Shown here one piece after another: positions 1 to 8,630 of a DNA stretch of 64,000 nt. Position 1 is the first letter of the stretch. The number at the start of each line of letters is the position of its first letter. Where the stretch lies: assembly GCA_964216615.1 (NCBI GenBank), contig CAXPFQ010000043.1:10496-74495 (forward strand), in the 5' to 3' direction. Both the position numbers and the translations under genes were made by a program. The stretch comes from Schleiferiaceae bacterium (lineage in GTDB: Bacteria; Bacteroidota; Bacteroidia; Flavobacteriales; Schleiferiaceae). The notes below the pieces were generated by a model, which saw only the letters and a list, made by a program, of their open reading frames with translations, was not told where the DNA came from and ran no database searches.

Positions 1-1325
1 GGTTCTATTTCGGGTCTTCCAAGAGTTATGTTTTCAATTAACGTCCCCTCAAATAGGGTTTCGCTTAAGAAACAATCGCCGACGTGATACCTTAAATCAG
101 CTGTATTGAGGTTCCCAGTAGGGTAGCCATTGAAGCTCACTGTCCCGTAAGTAGGGTCGTATTGAACCGCAAGCAGCCGCAATAAAGTGGATTTCCCAGA
201 CCCATTAGCACCTGTGATTACAGCACGTGCTCCTGAAGGAATAGTAATATTAAGATCCTTTAAAATGGCCCTTGATCCATCCTCTGACATATAGGTTAGG
301 TCTAAGACTTCAATGGTCGCACCCATACCTGTGTCTATGGAATCAAAGAGCATAGCGCCTTGATCTTCCTCCAAAGGAATATCCGTTACAGCGCTCATTT
401 TCTCGACGGCGGTCAGTACGTCGTAAATAGGTTCCATGGTGAGGATGAGCTTCTCCGCTGAATTAATAATTAGAATGATGATGATTTCAGACGCCACGAA
501 TTGGCCAACATTGATTTCATTATCAATGACTAAGAGCCCTCCAATTATTAATAAACCTAGAGTAACTAAGGCTTTAAAACCTACGATGTTGGCATATTGA
601 AAAATGAGTACTTTCCAGTGCCTCTTGCGGTGTTCCAAATAGTGATCTACTAATTCGTCGGTGCGTTCAAGAGGTAATTCTGTGTGACCGGCCCTTTTGA
701 AAGTGTCCATGGTTCTTGCTATTTCCTTTAACCAATGCGCGATTTTGTATTTGTAAGTACTTTCGTGCATGCTACTGTCCAAACCCCTCGGACCGGTGTA
801 ATACAAAATGGCTATTAACAAGATGATTAAGGCTACACCGAAAGTGATAAAGAATGGGTGATAAGTACTTAAGAGAATTAATCCTATCAGAATTTGGAGT
901 GAGGAGGAGCTGAAATCCATAAGAATTTTTGAAAGCCCCTTCTGTACATTCAGGGTATCAAAGAATCTATTGACGAGTTCCGGTGGGTACTGTCCGCGTA
1001 TAGATGCGTTCTGAAACCGTGGGATTCTATAGGTAAACTCGAACGCTGCTCTGGTGAAGATTCTGCGTTGCAAGATTTCCGAAATGGATAATTGCAGCAC
1101 CTGTAAGACTCCACCAATTAGTACACCAGCAGTTACTACCCCGCTTAAAATTATCCAGCTCGTACTAACTGTTCCTGCTTGTATGAGCCCAATAATAGCT
1201 TGAATTCCTAGAGGAAGACTCAGATTTACAATGGAATAAAACAATGCATAGGAGTATAGGTACATGATGTCTTTGCGATCCTGTGAGAGCATCGCAATGA
1301 ATTTCTGGAAAGGGTTTTTGGTCAT
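1..1325 (-). CDS. ABC exporter, fused permease/ATP-binding protein (partial; the C-terminus runs off the window)
   Basis: Absent from the ORF track because no stop lies in the window. My minus-strand translation from the ATG at 1325-1323 gives MTKNPFQKFIAMLSQDRKDIMYLYSYALFYSIVNLSLPLG..., a multi-TM exporter domain. A Walker A motif, ITGANGSGKSTLLRLL, is encoded around 175-235 and I checked that it is in frame. The frame is open to position 1. The ATG overlaps the TGA of the upstream TetR gene. Confidence 0.85.
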   Translation of the reverse strand, partial: MTKNPFQKFIAMLSQDRKDIMYLYSYALFYSIVNLSLPLGIQAIIGLIQAGTVSTSWIILSGVVTAGVLIGGVLQVLQLSISEILQRRIFTRAAFEFTYRIPRFQNASIRGQYPPELVNRFFDTLNVQKGLSKILMDFSSSSLQILIGLILLSTYHPFFITFGVALIILLIAILYYTGPRGLDSSMHESTYKYKIAHWLKEIARTMDTFKRAGHTELPLERTDELVDHYLEHRKRHWKVLIFQYANIVGFKALVTLGLLIIGGLLVIDNEINVGQFVASEIIIILIINSAEKLILTMEPIYDVLTAVEKMSAVTDIPLEEDQGAMLFDSIDTGMGATIEVLDLTYMSEDGSRAILKDLNITIPSGARAVITGANGSGKSTLLRLLAVQYDPTYGTVSFNGYPTGNLNTADLRYHVGDCFLSETLFEGTLIENITLGRPEIE

Positions 1326-1990
1326 CTTTTTTGAATCGAGTTAAGGGTCATTTCGGTTAGAAATTGGACAATGGTGCCGCTTCCTTTGTTAGCGTCGGAG
1401 AGGCGTGGGAGGTGTTCAGTAAAGAACTGTTGGCTTTGAGCAGCCGAAATCACTGTTGAAAACAAGCTGTGCGGGTATTTGTACGCAGGATTGATTTGTA
1501 AGGCTAGGTTTCCAAGGGTATCACAGAGACGTTTATACCCTAAAAAATAACCTTCTTCATTTTCGGCATCCACCTCTTTAGTGAGGTAGATTTTTGGGTA
1601 TTCCGCTACGACCAGACGTTGAAGGGTGCCTTCATCAATATGTGGTATGCGCTCATCTTCATCCATAGGCATGACTAGGAGCTGGATGGCACGCTTGAGT
1701 TTATCTTCAGCGCTATTGAGCATCATGAATTCCTGTGCCATTTTTACTTCAAGCCAGCCCCAATACCAATTGATAAGGTACGCGAGCAGCTGATGCTTGT
1801 TCTGAAAATAACGATAGACACTGGCTTCAGTACTTTCTAAAGCAAGTCCAATTTTTTTAAAGGTTACATGCTCATAGCCAATCTCTTCCATGAGTTCAAT
1901 ACTCTTGGAAAGGATGCGTTTGCCGAGTTCAGTTTCCTCAGGATTTTTATTGTAGAGCTTGGCGCTCACTGAAATATTCAGTGCATTCAT
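1322..1990 (-). CDS. TetR/AcrR-family transcriptional regulator
   Basis: 222-aa ORF with an N-terminal HTH segment, TFKKIGLALESTEASVYRYFQNKHQLL. The stop overlaps the start of the downstream ABC exporter (ATGA). Confidence 0.9.
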   Translation of the reverse strand: MNALNISVSAKLYNKNPEETELGKRILSKSIELMEEIGYEHVTFKKIGLALESTEASVYRYFQNKHQLLAYLINWYWGWLEVKMAQEFMMLNSAEDKLKRAIQLLVMPMDEDERIPHIDEGTLQRLVVAEYPKIYLTKEVDAENEEGYFLGYKRLCDTLGNLALQINPAYKYPHSLFSTVISAAQSQQFFTEHLPRLSDANKGSGTIVQFLTEMTLNSIQKR

Positions 1991-2037
1991 GTGATACTAA
2001 CGCTATAGTCAAATAAATGTTTAACAATGCAAATGTA

Positions 2038-2050
2038 ATAGTAATACTAT
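2038..2050. promoter_or_regulatory. 13-bp perfect palindrome ATAGTA-A-TACTAT in the TetR/helicase divergent intergenic region (candidate operator)
   Basis: Read directly from the sequence. It lies 48 bp upstream of the TetR start codon. The operator role is inference only. Confidence 0.3.
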
Positions 2051-2081
2051 CATAAATGAAATCGGTCGCAATAATTCGATG

Positions 2082-2089
2082 TATCTTTG
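2082..2089 (+). promoter_or_regulatory. Bacteroidetes-type -7 promoter box (TATCTTTG) upstream of the DEAD-box helicase
   Basis: Matches TAnnTTTG, 17 nt upstream of the ATG at 2106. Confidence 0.4.
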
Positions 2090-2105
2090 ACCCGCAGTTG
2101 CACTG

Positions 2106-3410
2106 ATGCCATTGCCACCTTTTATGACTTTTGATTCCTTAGGACTCGATGCTCGAATCCTAGCCGCCTTGAAAAATCAAGGATATACTACGCCAACCCC
2201 GATTCAATCTCAGAGTATCCCCATCCTTTTGGAGGGCTACGATTTACTGGGGACCGCACAGACCGGTACAGGTAAAACAGCTGCCTTTACCATACCCATT
2301 ATTGAACATCTGCTACAAGCCAAATCCTTCAAAACAAGAAAAATCAAAGCTTTAGTCGTGACTCCCACCCGCGAGCTTGCGCTCCAGGTAGGTGAAAATG
2401 CCAAGCACTACGGCCAGGGTACAGGATTGCGCACAGCGGTGATCTTTGGCGGCGTAGGTCAAAACCCACAAGTGGATCAGCTGAAAAAGGGTGTAGACTA
2501 TTTGGTCGCCACTCCAGGTAGACTCTTGGATCTACATCAGCAGGGCTTTATTGATCTTAGGTTCTTGACGCATTTCGTGCTCGATGAGGCAGATCAGATG
2601 TTGGACATGGGATTCATCCATGATATCCGCAAACTTTTAAAGATCATCCCACAAAAGCGCCAGAGTTTGTTCTTCTCGGCCACCATGCCAAAGGACATCA
2701 TCTCCTTGAGCGAGCAAATCCTTAAGCCAAACTATAAGCAAGTACGTATTGCCGTGGCGAAGCCTACTGCGGAACGCGTCTCACAAGAGGTGTACTACGT
2801 CTCGAAAAAAGAAAAGCCTGCTTTATTGGTGGAGTTGTTGAAGTCTTTCGACGGGGAGACGCTGGTCTTCGGGCGCACCAAGCATGGCTGTGATAAGGTC
2901 GTTCGTATTCTGTCCAAAAAAGGTATTAAGGCTGCCGCCATTCATGGAAATAAAAGTCAAAGTGCTCGTCAGAAAGCGTTGAAAGGGTTCAAGGACGGTG
3001 AATTGCAAGTGTTGGTAGCTACCGATATCGCCGCTCGTGGTATTGATATTTCAGGATTGGAATTTGTAGTGAACTATGAGTTGCCCAATATTCCAGAAAC
3101 CTATGTGCACCGTATCGGGCGCACGGGTCGTGCAGATGCCTCAGGGAGCAGCGTTTCTTTCTGTTCGGCGGACGAGCGGGAGTATCTGAAAGATATAGAG
3201 AAACTGATAAAATTGGACATTCCATTGGTAGAAGACCATCCATTTGCGGCTGGGGCTGCAGAGGAATGGGCGGATCCGGAAAATCGCAAGCCTAAAAAGC
3301 CCGGCCAGCGCGGTCCCCGACCTGGGCGTGGCGGCAAGCCGAAATCAGATCGTCCAAAGGGTCCTCGTGGTGCCAGCGGCAGTAAGAGAAAGCCTCGGAG
3401 AAGATTTTAA
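2106..3410 (+). CDS. DEAD-box ATP-dependent RNA helicase (RhlE-like) with a basic Gly/Pro/Arg/Lys C-terminal tail
   Basis: Motifs AQTGTGKT, PTRELA, DEAD, SAT and HRIGRTGRA. An alternative start at 2124 (MTFDSLGL) is possible. Confidence 0.95.
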   Translation: MPLPPFMTFDSLGLDARILAALKNQGYTTPTPIQSQSIPILLEGYDLLGTAQTGTGKTAAFTIPIIEHLLQAKSFKTRKIKALVVTPTRELALQVGENAKHYGQGTGLRTAVIFGGVGQNPQVDQLKKGVDYLVATPGRLLDLHQQGFIDLRFLTHFVLDEADQMLDMGFIHDIRKLLKIIPQKRQSLFFSATMPKDIISLSEQILKPNYKQVRIAVAKPTAERVSQEVYYVSKKEKPALLVELLKSFDGETLVFGRTKHGCDKVVRILSKKGIKAAAIHGNKSQSARQKALKGFKDGELQVLVATDIAARGIDISGLEFVVNYELPNIPETYVHRIGRTGRADASGSSVSFCSADEREYLKDIEKLIKLDIPLVEDHPFAAGAAEEWADPENRKPKKPGQRGPRPGRGGKPKSDRPKGPRGASGSKRKPRRRF

Positions 3411-3612
3411 GGTATCCTAAAACGATATATTGGCGAGAATGAAAACCTTCGCGTGCCTTCGGCACTGGACTCGCTGCTGCGCAGCTGAAGTTTTCTTTCA
3501 CTGGCCCCGTGTGGAGTGGATCTTTCGTTCAAACAAAGCCAGCATCCGCTTCGCGTCTGCGGCATTTTTCTTCTTCCAAAATCCTGAAGCAAGCTTCGGA
3601 TTTTGTCTTAAG

Positions 3613-3650
3613 AAAAAGCCAGCGCAAGAATTGCGCTGGCTTTGTTCTTT
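3613..3650. terminator. Bidirectional intrinsic terminator between the helicase and ssrA
   Basis: 10-bp stem GCCAGCGCAA/TTGCGCTGGC (3618-3640) with a 3-nt loop. It is flanked by an A-run at 3613-3617 and a T-rich tract at 3641-3650. Confidence 0.7.
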
Positions 3651-3664
3651 CTCGGGATCACCAA

Positions 3665-4062
3665 GTGGAGCTGGCGAGAATCGAACTCGCGTCCAAACAA
3701 GGAAGCCTGAGGCTTTCTACATGCTTATCTTGTGATTAGGTTTTCGACCAATCTCTGAGCACAAGCACCCTAATCATGGCTTAGCCTCTACACTTGAATT
3801 AGCCCGCGAGGCGAGAGCTAATTGCATTCCCGAATTTTCCACACCTCGTGATCAAGCGCCTCAGGACTTGGGCTCTTGCGAGATGTTCAGCTCCTACACC
3901 TAGTGTAGGATTAGCAAAATCGACATCCTGTCAGATTAAGCGGCCAAAGCGTAAGAATCTTCGCCAGTTATAAAAAGTGAAGCGGTGTATTAACGAGCTG
4001 CCCCTTCCGCGCTCGACATGCTTACATCAACCTTCGGCTTGCTGTCAAAACCAGTCAGCCCC
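3665..4062 (-). ncRNA. ssrA: tmRNA (transfer-messenger RNA)
   Basis: On the minus strand the 5' end reads GGGGCTGACTGGTTTTGACAGC. The tag frame GGC GAA GAT TCT TAC GCT TTG GCC GCT TAA encodes GEDSYALAA* at complement 3936-3965. The 3' tRNA-like end reads GCGAGTTCGATTCTCGCCAGCTCCAC, with a T-arm and a G3:U70 acceptor pair. Length is about 398 nt. Confidence 0.9.
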
Positions 4063-4129
4063 GATGTAGAGGGCAAAGATACACCAATTCTATGCCAAAA
4101 TTGTGCACAGTTATACTACCTTTAGTAGC

Positions 4130-5323
4130 ATGAAAATCGGCATTCTTAGAGAGGGTAAAGTCCCCATAGACAAGCGTGTAGCCCTGACCCCGCAGCACGC
4201 CTCGGCATTACAACAAACTTTTTCTTGCACGGTGGTGGCGCAACCATCGCCCATTCGGGCCATTGGGGACGATGAATATGTAGCATCGGGAATTGAGTTG
4301 CAAGAGGATCTGAGCGATTGTGATGTGCTCTTTGGAGTCAAAGAGGTGCCTATAGATCAGCTCATCCCGAACAAGACGTACTTTTTCTTCTCGCACACGT
4401 ATAAAAAGCAGCCCTACAACGCCAAATTGTTGAAGGCCTGTGTGGAGCGTAATATTCGTTTGATTGATTACGAGCTACTCACTAAAAATGGTGCCCGTGT
4501 GGTTGCCTTTGGCAGATTCGCGGGACTAGTAGGGGCATACAACGGCTTGCGCGGATGGGGTGCGAAATACGGGCAATACACATTGAAGCCTGCCCACGAG
4601 TGCAAGGACATGGAAGAAATGTTTGCGCAACTTCAAGGCATAGATTGGCCTTCGGATGTACGCATTCTACTGACTGGGAAAGGCCGTGTGGCCTCAGGTG
4701 CAGTGGAGACGCTAGTGGCGTCGAGCATTCCTCAGATTTCCCCGGAGGAGATTTCGGGGTATGAAGGTTGTTTTTGGAGCCAATTGGACGTAGAAGAATA
4801 TTATAAAACGAGCGACGGAAGGCCATTCGATCGCAACGAACTCTTTGCAGATCCGAGCGGCTATGAAAGTGATTTCATGCGTTATGCACCTTTTGCCAAG
4901 CTGTACATCGCAGGGCATTATTACGACAGCCGTGCGCCTTTCATTTTTACTAGAGAGGATGCGAAGCAGGCAGAGTTTGCCATTACCTATGTGGCGGACA
5001 TCAGTTGTGATATAGACGGGCCGGTGGCTTCGACACTTCGAGCCTCCACCATTGCCGATCCGTTTTATGGGTACTTGGCCGCTAAGGAGAAAGAGGTGGG
5101 GCATGATCATCCTGAAGCTATCGGGGTGATGGCGGTAGATAACCTGCCGTGTGAATTACCAAGAGATGCCTCACTAAGTTTCGGCAGTGACCTGATGACC
5201 CATGTTGTCCCAGCGCTTTTTAATGGCGATGAAGAAGGTGTGTTAGAACGCGCTACGGAATGTGCGGACGGTGCATTGACCGATAAATACGCTTATCTTC
5301 AAGCCTATATAGACCAAGCCTGA
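4130..5323 (+). CDS. Lysine-2-oxoglutarate reductase-like (saccharopine dehydrogenase, L-lysine-forming; AlaDH/PNT-fold) oxidoreductase
   Basis: The ORF track starts at GTG 4103. The ATG at 4130 gives MKIGILREGK. Blocks FFSHTYK, RLIDYE, VVAFGRFAG, ADISCDIDGP, VDNLPCELPRDAS and LTDKYAYLQ resemble, from memory, the LKR domain of eukaryotic AASS. Confidence 0.75.
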   Translation: MKIGILREGKVPIDKRVALTPQHASALQQTFSCTVVAQPSPIRAIGDDEYVASGIELQEDLSDCDVLFGVKEVPIDQLIPNKTYFFFSHTYKKQPYNAKLLKACVERNIRLIDYELLTKNGARVVAFGRFAGLVGAYNGLRGWGAKYGQYTLKPAHECKDMEEMFAQLQGIDWPSDVRILLTGKGRVASGAVETLVASSIPQISPEEISGYEGCFWSQLDVEEYYKTSDGRPFDRNELFADPSGYESDFMRYAPFAKLYIAGHYYDSRAPFIFTREDAKQAEFAITYVADISCDIDGPVASTLRASTIADPFYGYLAAKEKEVGHDHPEAIGVMAVDNLPCELPRDASLSFGSDLMTHVVPALFNGDEEGVLERATECADGALTDKYAYLQAYIDQA

Positions 5324-6399
5324 TGGCTAAAAACACATTGCATACTCAGAAATCGGCCACAGATGGACCTTCAGTGAATCCGAAGTTCCAAGCAGGAAAA
5401 AGACCTGCTTGGAGTGTAGAGGAATTGGAGCGCGCCATTCTAGTTGGGGATCGTGCGGCGCTTGCTGCCGGGATCACCTTGGTAGAAAGTGAAGCGGCTG
5501 AGGATGTGGTGAAGGCAGGAGCATTACTGGAAAAGTTATTGCCACATGCCGGGAATAGCGTGCGATTGGGGATTTCTGGAGTTCCTGGAGTAGGAAAGAG
5601 TACGTTCCTGGAATCCTATGGGGTACACTATTTAGAGTCGAATGAAAAGGCGCGGTTGGCCGTGTTGGCCATTGATCCATCTTCGTCGAAGTCTCACGGT
5701 GCCATTTTGGGGGATAAGACCAGAATGGTAGAGCTGGGGCGCCATGAGCGTGCTTTTATTCGTCCTACGGCTTCTTCGGGAGCGCTGGGCGGTGTGGCAC
5801 GGGCAACAAAGGCAGCCATCGTATTGTGCGAGGCAGCAGGGTATACGCACGTGTTTGTAGAGACTGTTGGCGTGGGGCAGAGCGAAACGGCAGTGTCCCA
5901 AATGGTCGATGCTTTCTTGTTTTTGGCCATGCCGGGGACCGGGGATGAGCTCCAAGGCATTAAGAAGGGGATTATGGAGATGGCTGATTTGATTGCCATC
6001 AATAAAAGTGAAGGCGAGCATGCTCCAGCGGCCAAACGAACGCGTGTGGAATTACAGCGCGCGTTGCAATTGAGTACGAGGGACGAGTTTAATTGGACCC
6101 CCACCATTACCCTGATTTCAGCATTGGAAAGCCAAGGATTCGAGGAGTTGGATGCGGCGATCGATCAATGTATTCGCCATTATAGAGGGCAAGGTTGGTT
6201 CGATGAAAAGCGTCGTCGACAATCAGAATACTGGTTTGAAGTGGAAGTGCAGCATGCGTTGCGAAGTGTGCTGCAACAACATGATGGGTTGCAGGTAGCC
6301 TACGATGATTTGCGAGCAAAGGTGGGCAATAGCGAAGCAGGCCCATTGCAGGCCTCGAAACTATTTATCGAAGAGTTAAGACGTCGGCTCGACGATTAG
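5323..6399 (+). CDS. meaB: Methylmalonyl-CoA mutase-associated G3E-family GTPase (MeaB/ArgK)
   Basis: P-loop GVPGVGKST, plus VETVGVGQSE and INKSEG. The start overlaps the upstream stop (TGATG). Confidence 0.9.
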   Translation: MAKNTLHTQKSATDGPSVNPKFQAGKRPAWSVEELERAILVGDRAALAAGITLVESEAAEDVVKAGALLEKLLPHAGNSVRLGISGVPGVGKSTFLESYGVHYLESNEKARLAVLAIDPSSSKSHGAILGDKTRMVELGRHERAFIRPTASSGALGGVARATKAAIVLCEAAGYTHVFVETVGVGQSETAVSQMVDAFLFLAMPGTGDELQGIKKGIMEMADLIAINKSEGEHAPAAKRTRVELQRALQLSTRDEFNWTPTITLISALESQGFEELDAAIDQCIRHYRGQGWFDEKRRRQSEYWFEVEVQHALRSVLQQHDGLQVAYDDLRAKVGNSEAGPLQASKLFIEELRRRLDD

Positions 6400-6917
6400 A
6401 AATTTCGTGCGGCCTCGTGTTTGAGTAGGAGGATTGCCGCTTTAGTTGGGAAGATGTCTCCGGTCATTTCAAGTTCAATCAACTTTCGGCTAAGGTCTCC
6501 AGCAGTTGCGTTTTCGTCCATTTCAGCGGTGACCTTATTGATCATGCTTACTACTTGACTTTTCGCACTAACCACATTATTCCAAGATTTATCGCTGATG
6601 TATACTTGTTGCGAAATGTTGTATTCATATTCCTGACGAATACTATCCACAAGGGTTTTACGATAAGCTCCCAAAGTCATGTTTCCTGGCTTCACTCTCA
6701 AGACTAATTGGTTCGGTGTAATTCGTTCAAGAAAGACAGTCAATCTCTCAAAAGCTTGAAATCGCATAGGAAGCGCCTTCTTATTGAGATCTTTACGCAA
6801 ATAAAATTGGCGACGCTTTTCTTCATTATCTACAAAATTCGAAAGAAGTAAGTAGGTGAGTAACAGCATTAAAACTGCTGGAAAAGTATACTTGAGGATT
6901 TCAATAAATGCTTCCAT
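6396..6917 (-). CDS. Hypothetical protein with an N-terminal membrane anchor
   Basis: 173-aa ORF with one N-terminal hydrophobic helix (FPAVLMLLLTYLLLS). I recognise no catalytic motif. Its stop overlaps the meaB stop convergently (TTAG). Confidence 0.65.
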   Translation of the reverse strand: MEAFIEILKYTFPAVLMLLLTYLLLSNFVDNEEKRRQFYLRKDLNKKALPMRFQAFERLTVFLERITPNQLVLRVKPGNMTLGAYRKTLVDSIRQEYEYNISQQVYISDKSWNNVVSAKSQVVSMINKVTAEMDENATAGDLSRKLIELEMTGDIFPTKAAILLLKHEAARNF

Positions 6918-6946
6918 AAATCTATGTTAAGGCCTACAAATATCGT

Positions 6947-6954
6947 TAAATTTG
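6947..6954 (+). promoter_or_regulatory. -7 promoter box TAAATTTG upstream of the aminotransferase gene
   Basis: Exact TAnnTTTG match. It overlaps the TTG start used by the ORF track (6952), which favours the ATG at 6985 as the real start. Confidence 0.45.
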
Positions 6955-6984
6955 TTGCCTAATCACATCTACACTACTTCTATA

Positions 6985-8184
6985 ATGCAAGCACTTTCAC
7001 AACGCGCGCAGGAGATGGGTCTTCCCATGACAATTGAAATGGCCAAAAAAGCACGAGAATTAAGTGCAACTGGGAAACAGGTGATCAGTTTATCACTTGG
7101 TGAGCCAGACTTTGATACGCCAGATTTTATAAAGGCTGCTGCGGTGAAAGCTATGGAGCAGAATTACACACATTACATGCCTGTCCCGGGATTCTCTGAC
7201 CTGCAGGTCAGTATAGCGAATAAGTTTAAGCGCGACAATGGGCTGGATTATGATCCAAGCCAAATCGTGGTGAGCACAGGTGCCAAGCAAAGCTTGTTGA
7301 ATGTCTTTTTGACCCTAGTGGATCCGGGAGATGAGGTGATCATTCCAGCACCGTATTGGGTGAGTTACATGGACCAAGCCAAATACTGTGGTGGTGAGGT
7401 AAAAATCCTATCTACTACTATGGAGAGCGGTTTTAAGATCACTGCAGCACAATTAGAAGCGGCCATTACTCCGAAATCAAAAGTGTTGATTTTCTCTTCT
7501 CCCAATAACCCATGCGGTGCTATTTACAGTAAAGAGGACTTGGCTGCTATCGCATCTGTGGTGGCGAAACACCCCAACTTATACATCATCTCTGACGAGA
7601 TTTATGAATTGTTGAACTACGGTGAAGTGAAGCATGTAAGCATCGCAAGCTTTCCTGAAGTCTACAATCAAACCATTACGGTCAACGGTTTGTCAAAGGG
7701 TTTTGCCATGACGGGATGGCGTATTGGCTATATCGGTGCGCCGGAATGGATTGCTAAGGCTTGTACAAAGTTCCAAAGTAACTTTACTTCTGGCACAAAT
7801 TCTGTGGCCCAGCGCGCTTGTATCGCTGCTGTAGAAGCAGACCCGTCAACGGTACAATACATGGTGGATACCTTTGCCACACGTCGTGCGAAGATGGTGA
7901 ATTGGATGAATTCTATACCAGGATTCGAACTCCATAGCCCTCCGGGAGCATTCTATGTATTCCCCCGTGTTTCGAGTATATTAGGAAAGAAATTCAACGG
8001 TAAGGTCATCGAAACCTCTCTAGATTTGAGCATGTATCTGTTAGAAGAAGGGTTGGTGAGTACAGTTCCCGGAGATGCATTTGGATTACCAGGTTACATT
8101 AGGTTCTCGTATGCTGCGGCAGAGAGCGAACTTGAAGAAGCAGTTCGTCGTGTTAAAAAAGCCCTTATAAAACTTGAGGATTAA
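6985..8184 (+). CDS. Class I/II PLP-dependent aminotransferase (aspartate aminotransferase-like)
   Basis: PLP-lysine motif NGLSKGFAMTGWRIGY, plus SPNNPCG. About 399 aa from the ATG at 6985. Confidence 0.9.
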   Translation: MQALSQRAQEMGLPMTIEMAKKARELSATGKQVISLSLGEPDFDTPDFIKAAAVKAMEQNYTHYMPVPGFSDLQVSIANKFKRDNGLDYDPSQIVVSTGAKQSLLNVFLTLVDPGDEVIIPAPYWVSYMDQAKYCGGEVKILSTTMESGFKITAAQLEAAITPKSKVLIFSSPNNPCGAIYSKEDLAAIASVVAKHPNLYIISDEIYELLNYGEVKHVSIASFPEVYNQTITVNGLSKGFAMTGWRIGYIGAPEWIAKACTKFQSNFTSGTNSVAQRACIAAVEADPSTVQYMVDTFATRRAKMVNWMNSIPGFELHSPPGAFYVFPRVSSILGKKFNGKVIETSLDLSMYLLEEGLVSTVPGDAFGLPGYIRFSYAAAESELEEAVRRVKKALIKLED

Positions 8185-8186
8185 AA

Positions 8187-8585
8187 ATGAAAATCGAGGT
8201 ATCAAACGGTGAAGTATTGGATAAATTTTCTATCCTTCAGATTAAGGGAGAGCGGATAGATGATCCCATTGCGCTTCAAAACATACAAAGAGAGCTAGAA
8301 AGCCTTCAGGACGCTGTGGATACCATTCATTCCCAAGAATCTTCAGACGCCCTAAGAATTTTACAAGCACAGCTTTTGGAGGTTAATACCCAGCTTTGGG
8401 AGGTCGAGGACGTCTTACGTGCTTTTGAGAAAACACAAGATTTTGGTCCTTCATTTGTGGCCGCGGCCCGTAGTGTGTACCAGCTTAACGATCGGAGAGC
8501 AGCACTTAAAAGAGAGATTAACCACTTAACAGGCTCGACCTTAGTTGAGGAAAAGTCATACGAGAAATATCGTAAGAATGCTTAA
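8187..8585 (+). CDS. Conserved hypothetical protein (resembles the roughly 130-aa DUF6165-type family)
   Basis: 132-aa ORF starting 2 nt after the aminotransferase stop, with a helical, charged composition. The family assignment is from memory only. Confidence 0.65.
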   Translation: MKIEVSNGEVLDKFSILQIKGERIDDPIALQNIQRELESLQDAVDTIHSQESSDALRILQAQLLEVNTQLWEVEDVLRAFEKTQDFGPSFVAAARSVYQLNDRRAALKREINHLTGSTLVEEKSYEKYRKNA

Positions 8586-8630
8586 TTCTCGTAGAATCGG
8601 ACTAAATTCGAGAAACTCAAAAGTCTAATC

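Noticed and set aside
3510-3535. GTGGAGTGG...TCGTTCAAAC, faintly resembling the ssrA 3' end (GTGGAGCTGG...TCGAACTC), as a possible relic att site
   Set aside because: Only about 9 of 10 plus a few scattered matches. No integrase or island lies between the copies, which are roughly 150 bp apart. This is compatible with chance.
3430-3739. ORF-track entries 3430..3735(+), 3509..3739(+), 3407..3592(-) and 3292..3501(-)
   Set aside because: They run through the hairpin spacer and into the ssrA 3' end. The translations are Cys/Arg/Phe/Ser-rich with no motifs, and the region is better explained by RNA structure and tmRNA.
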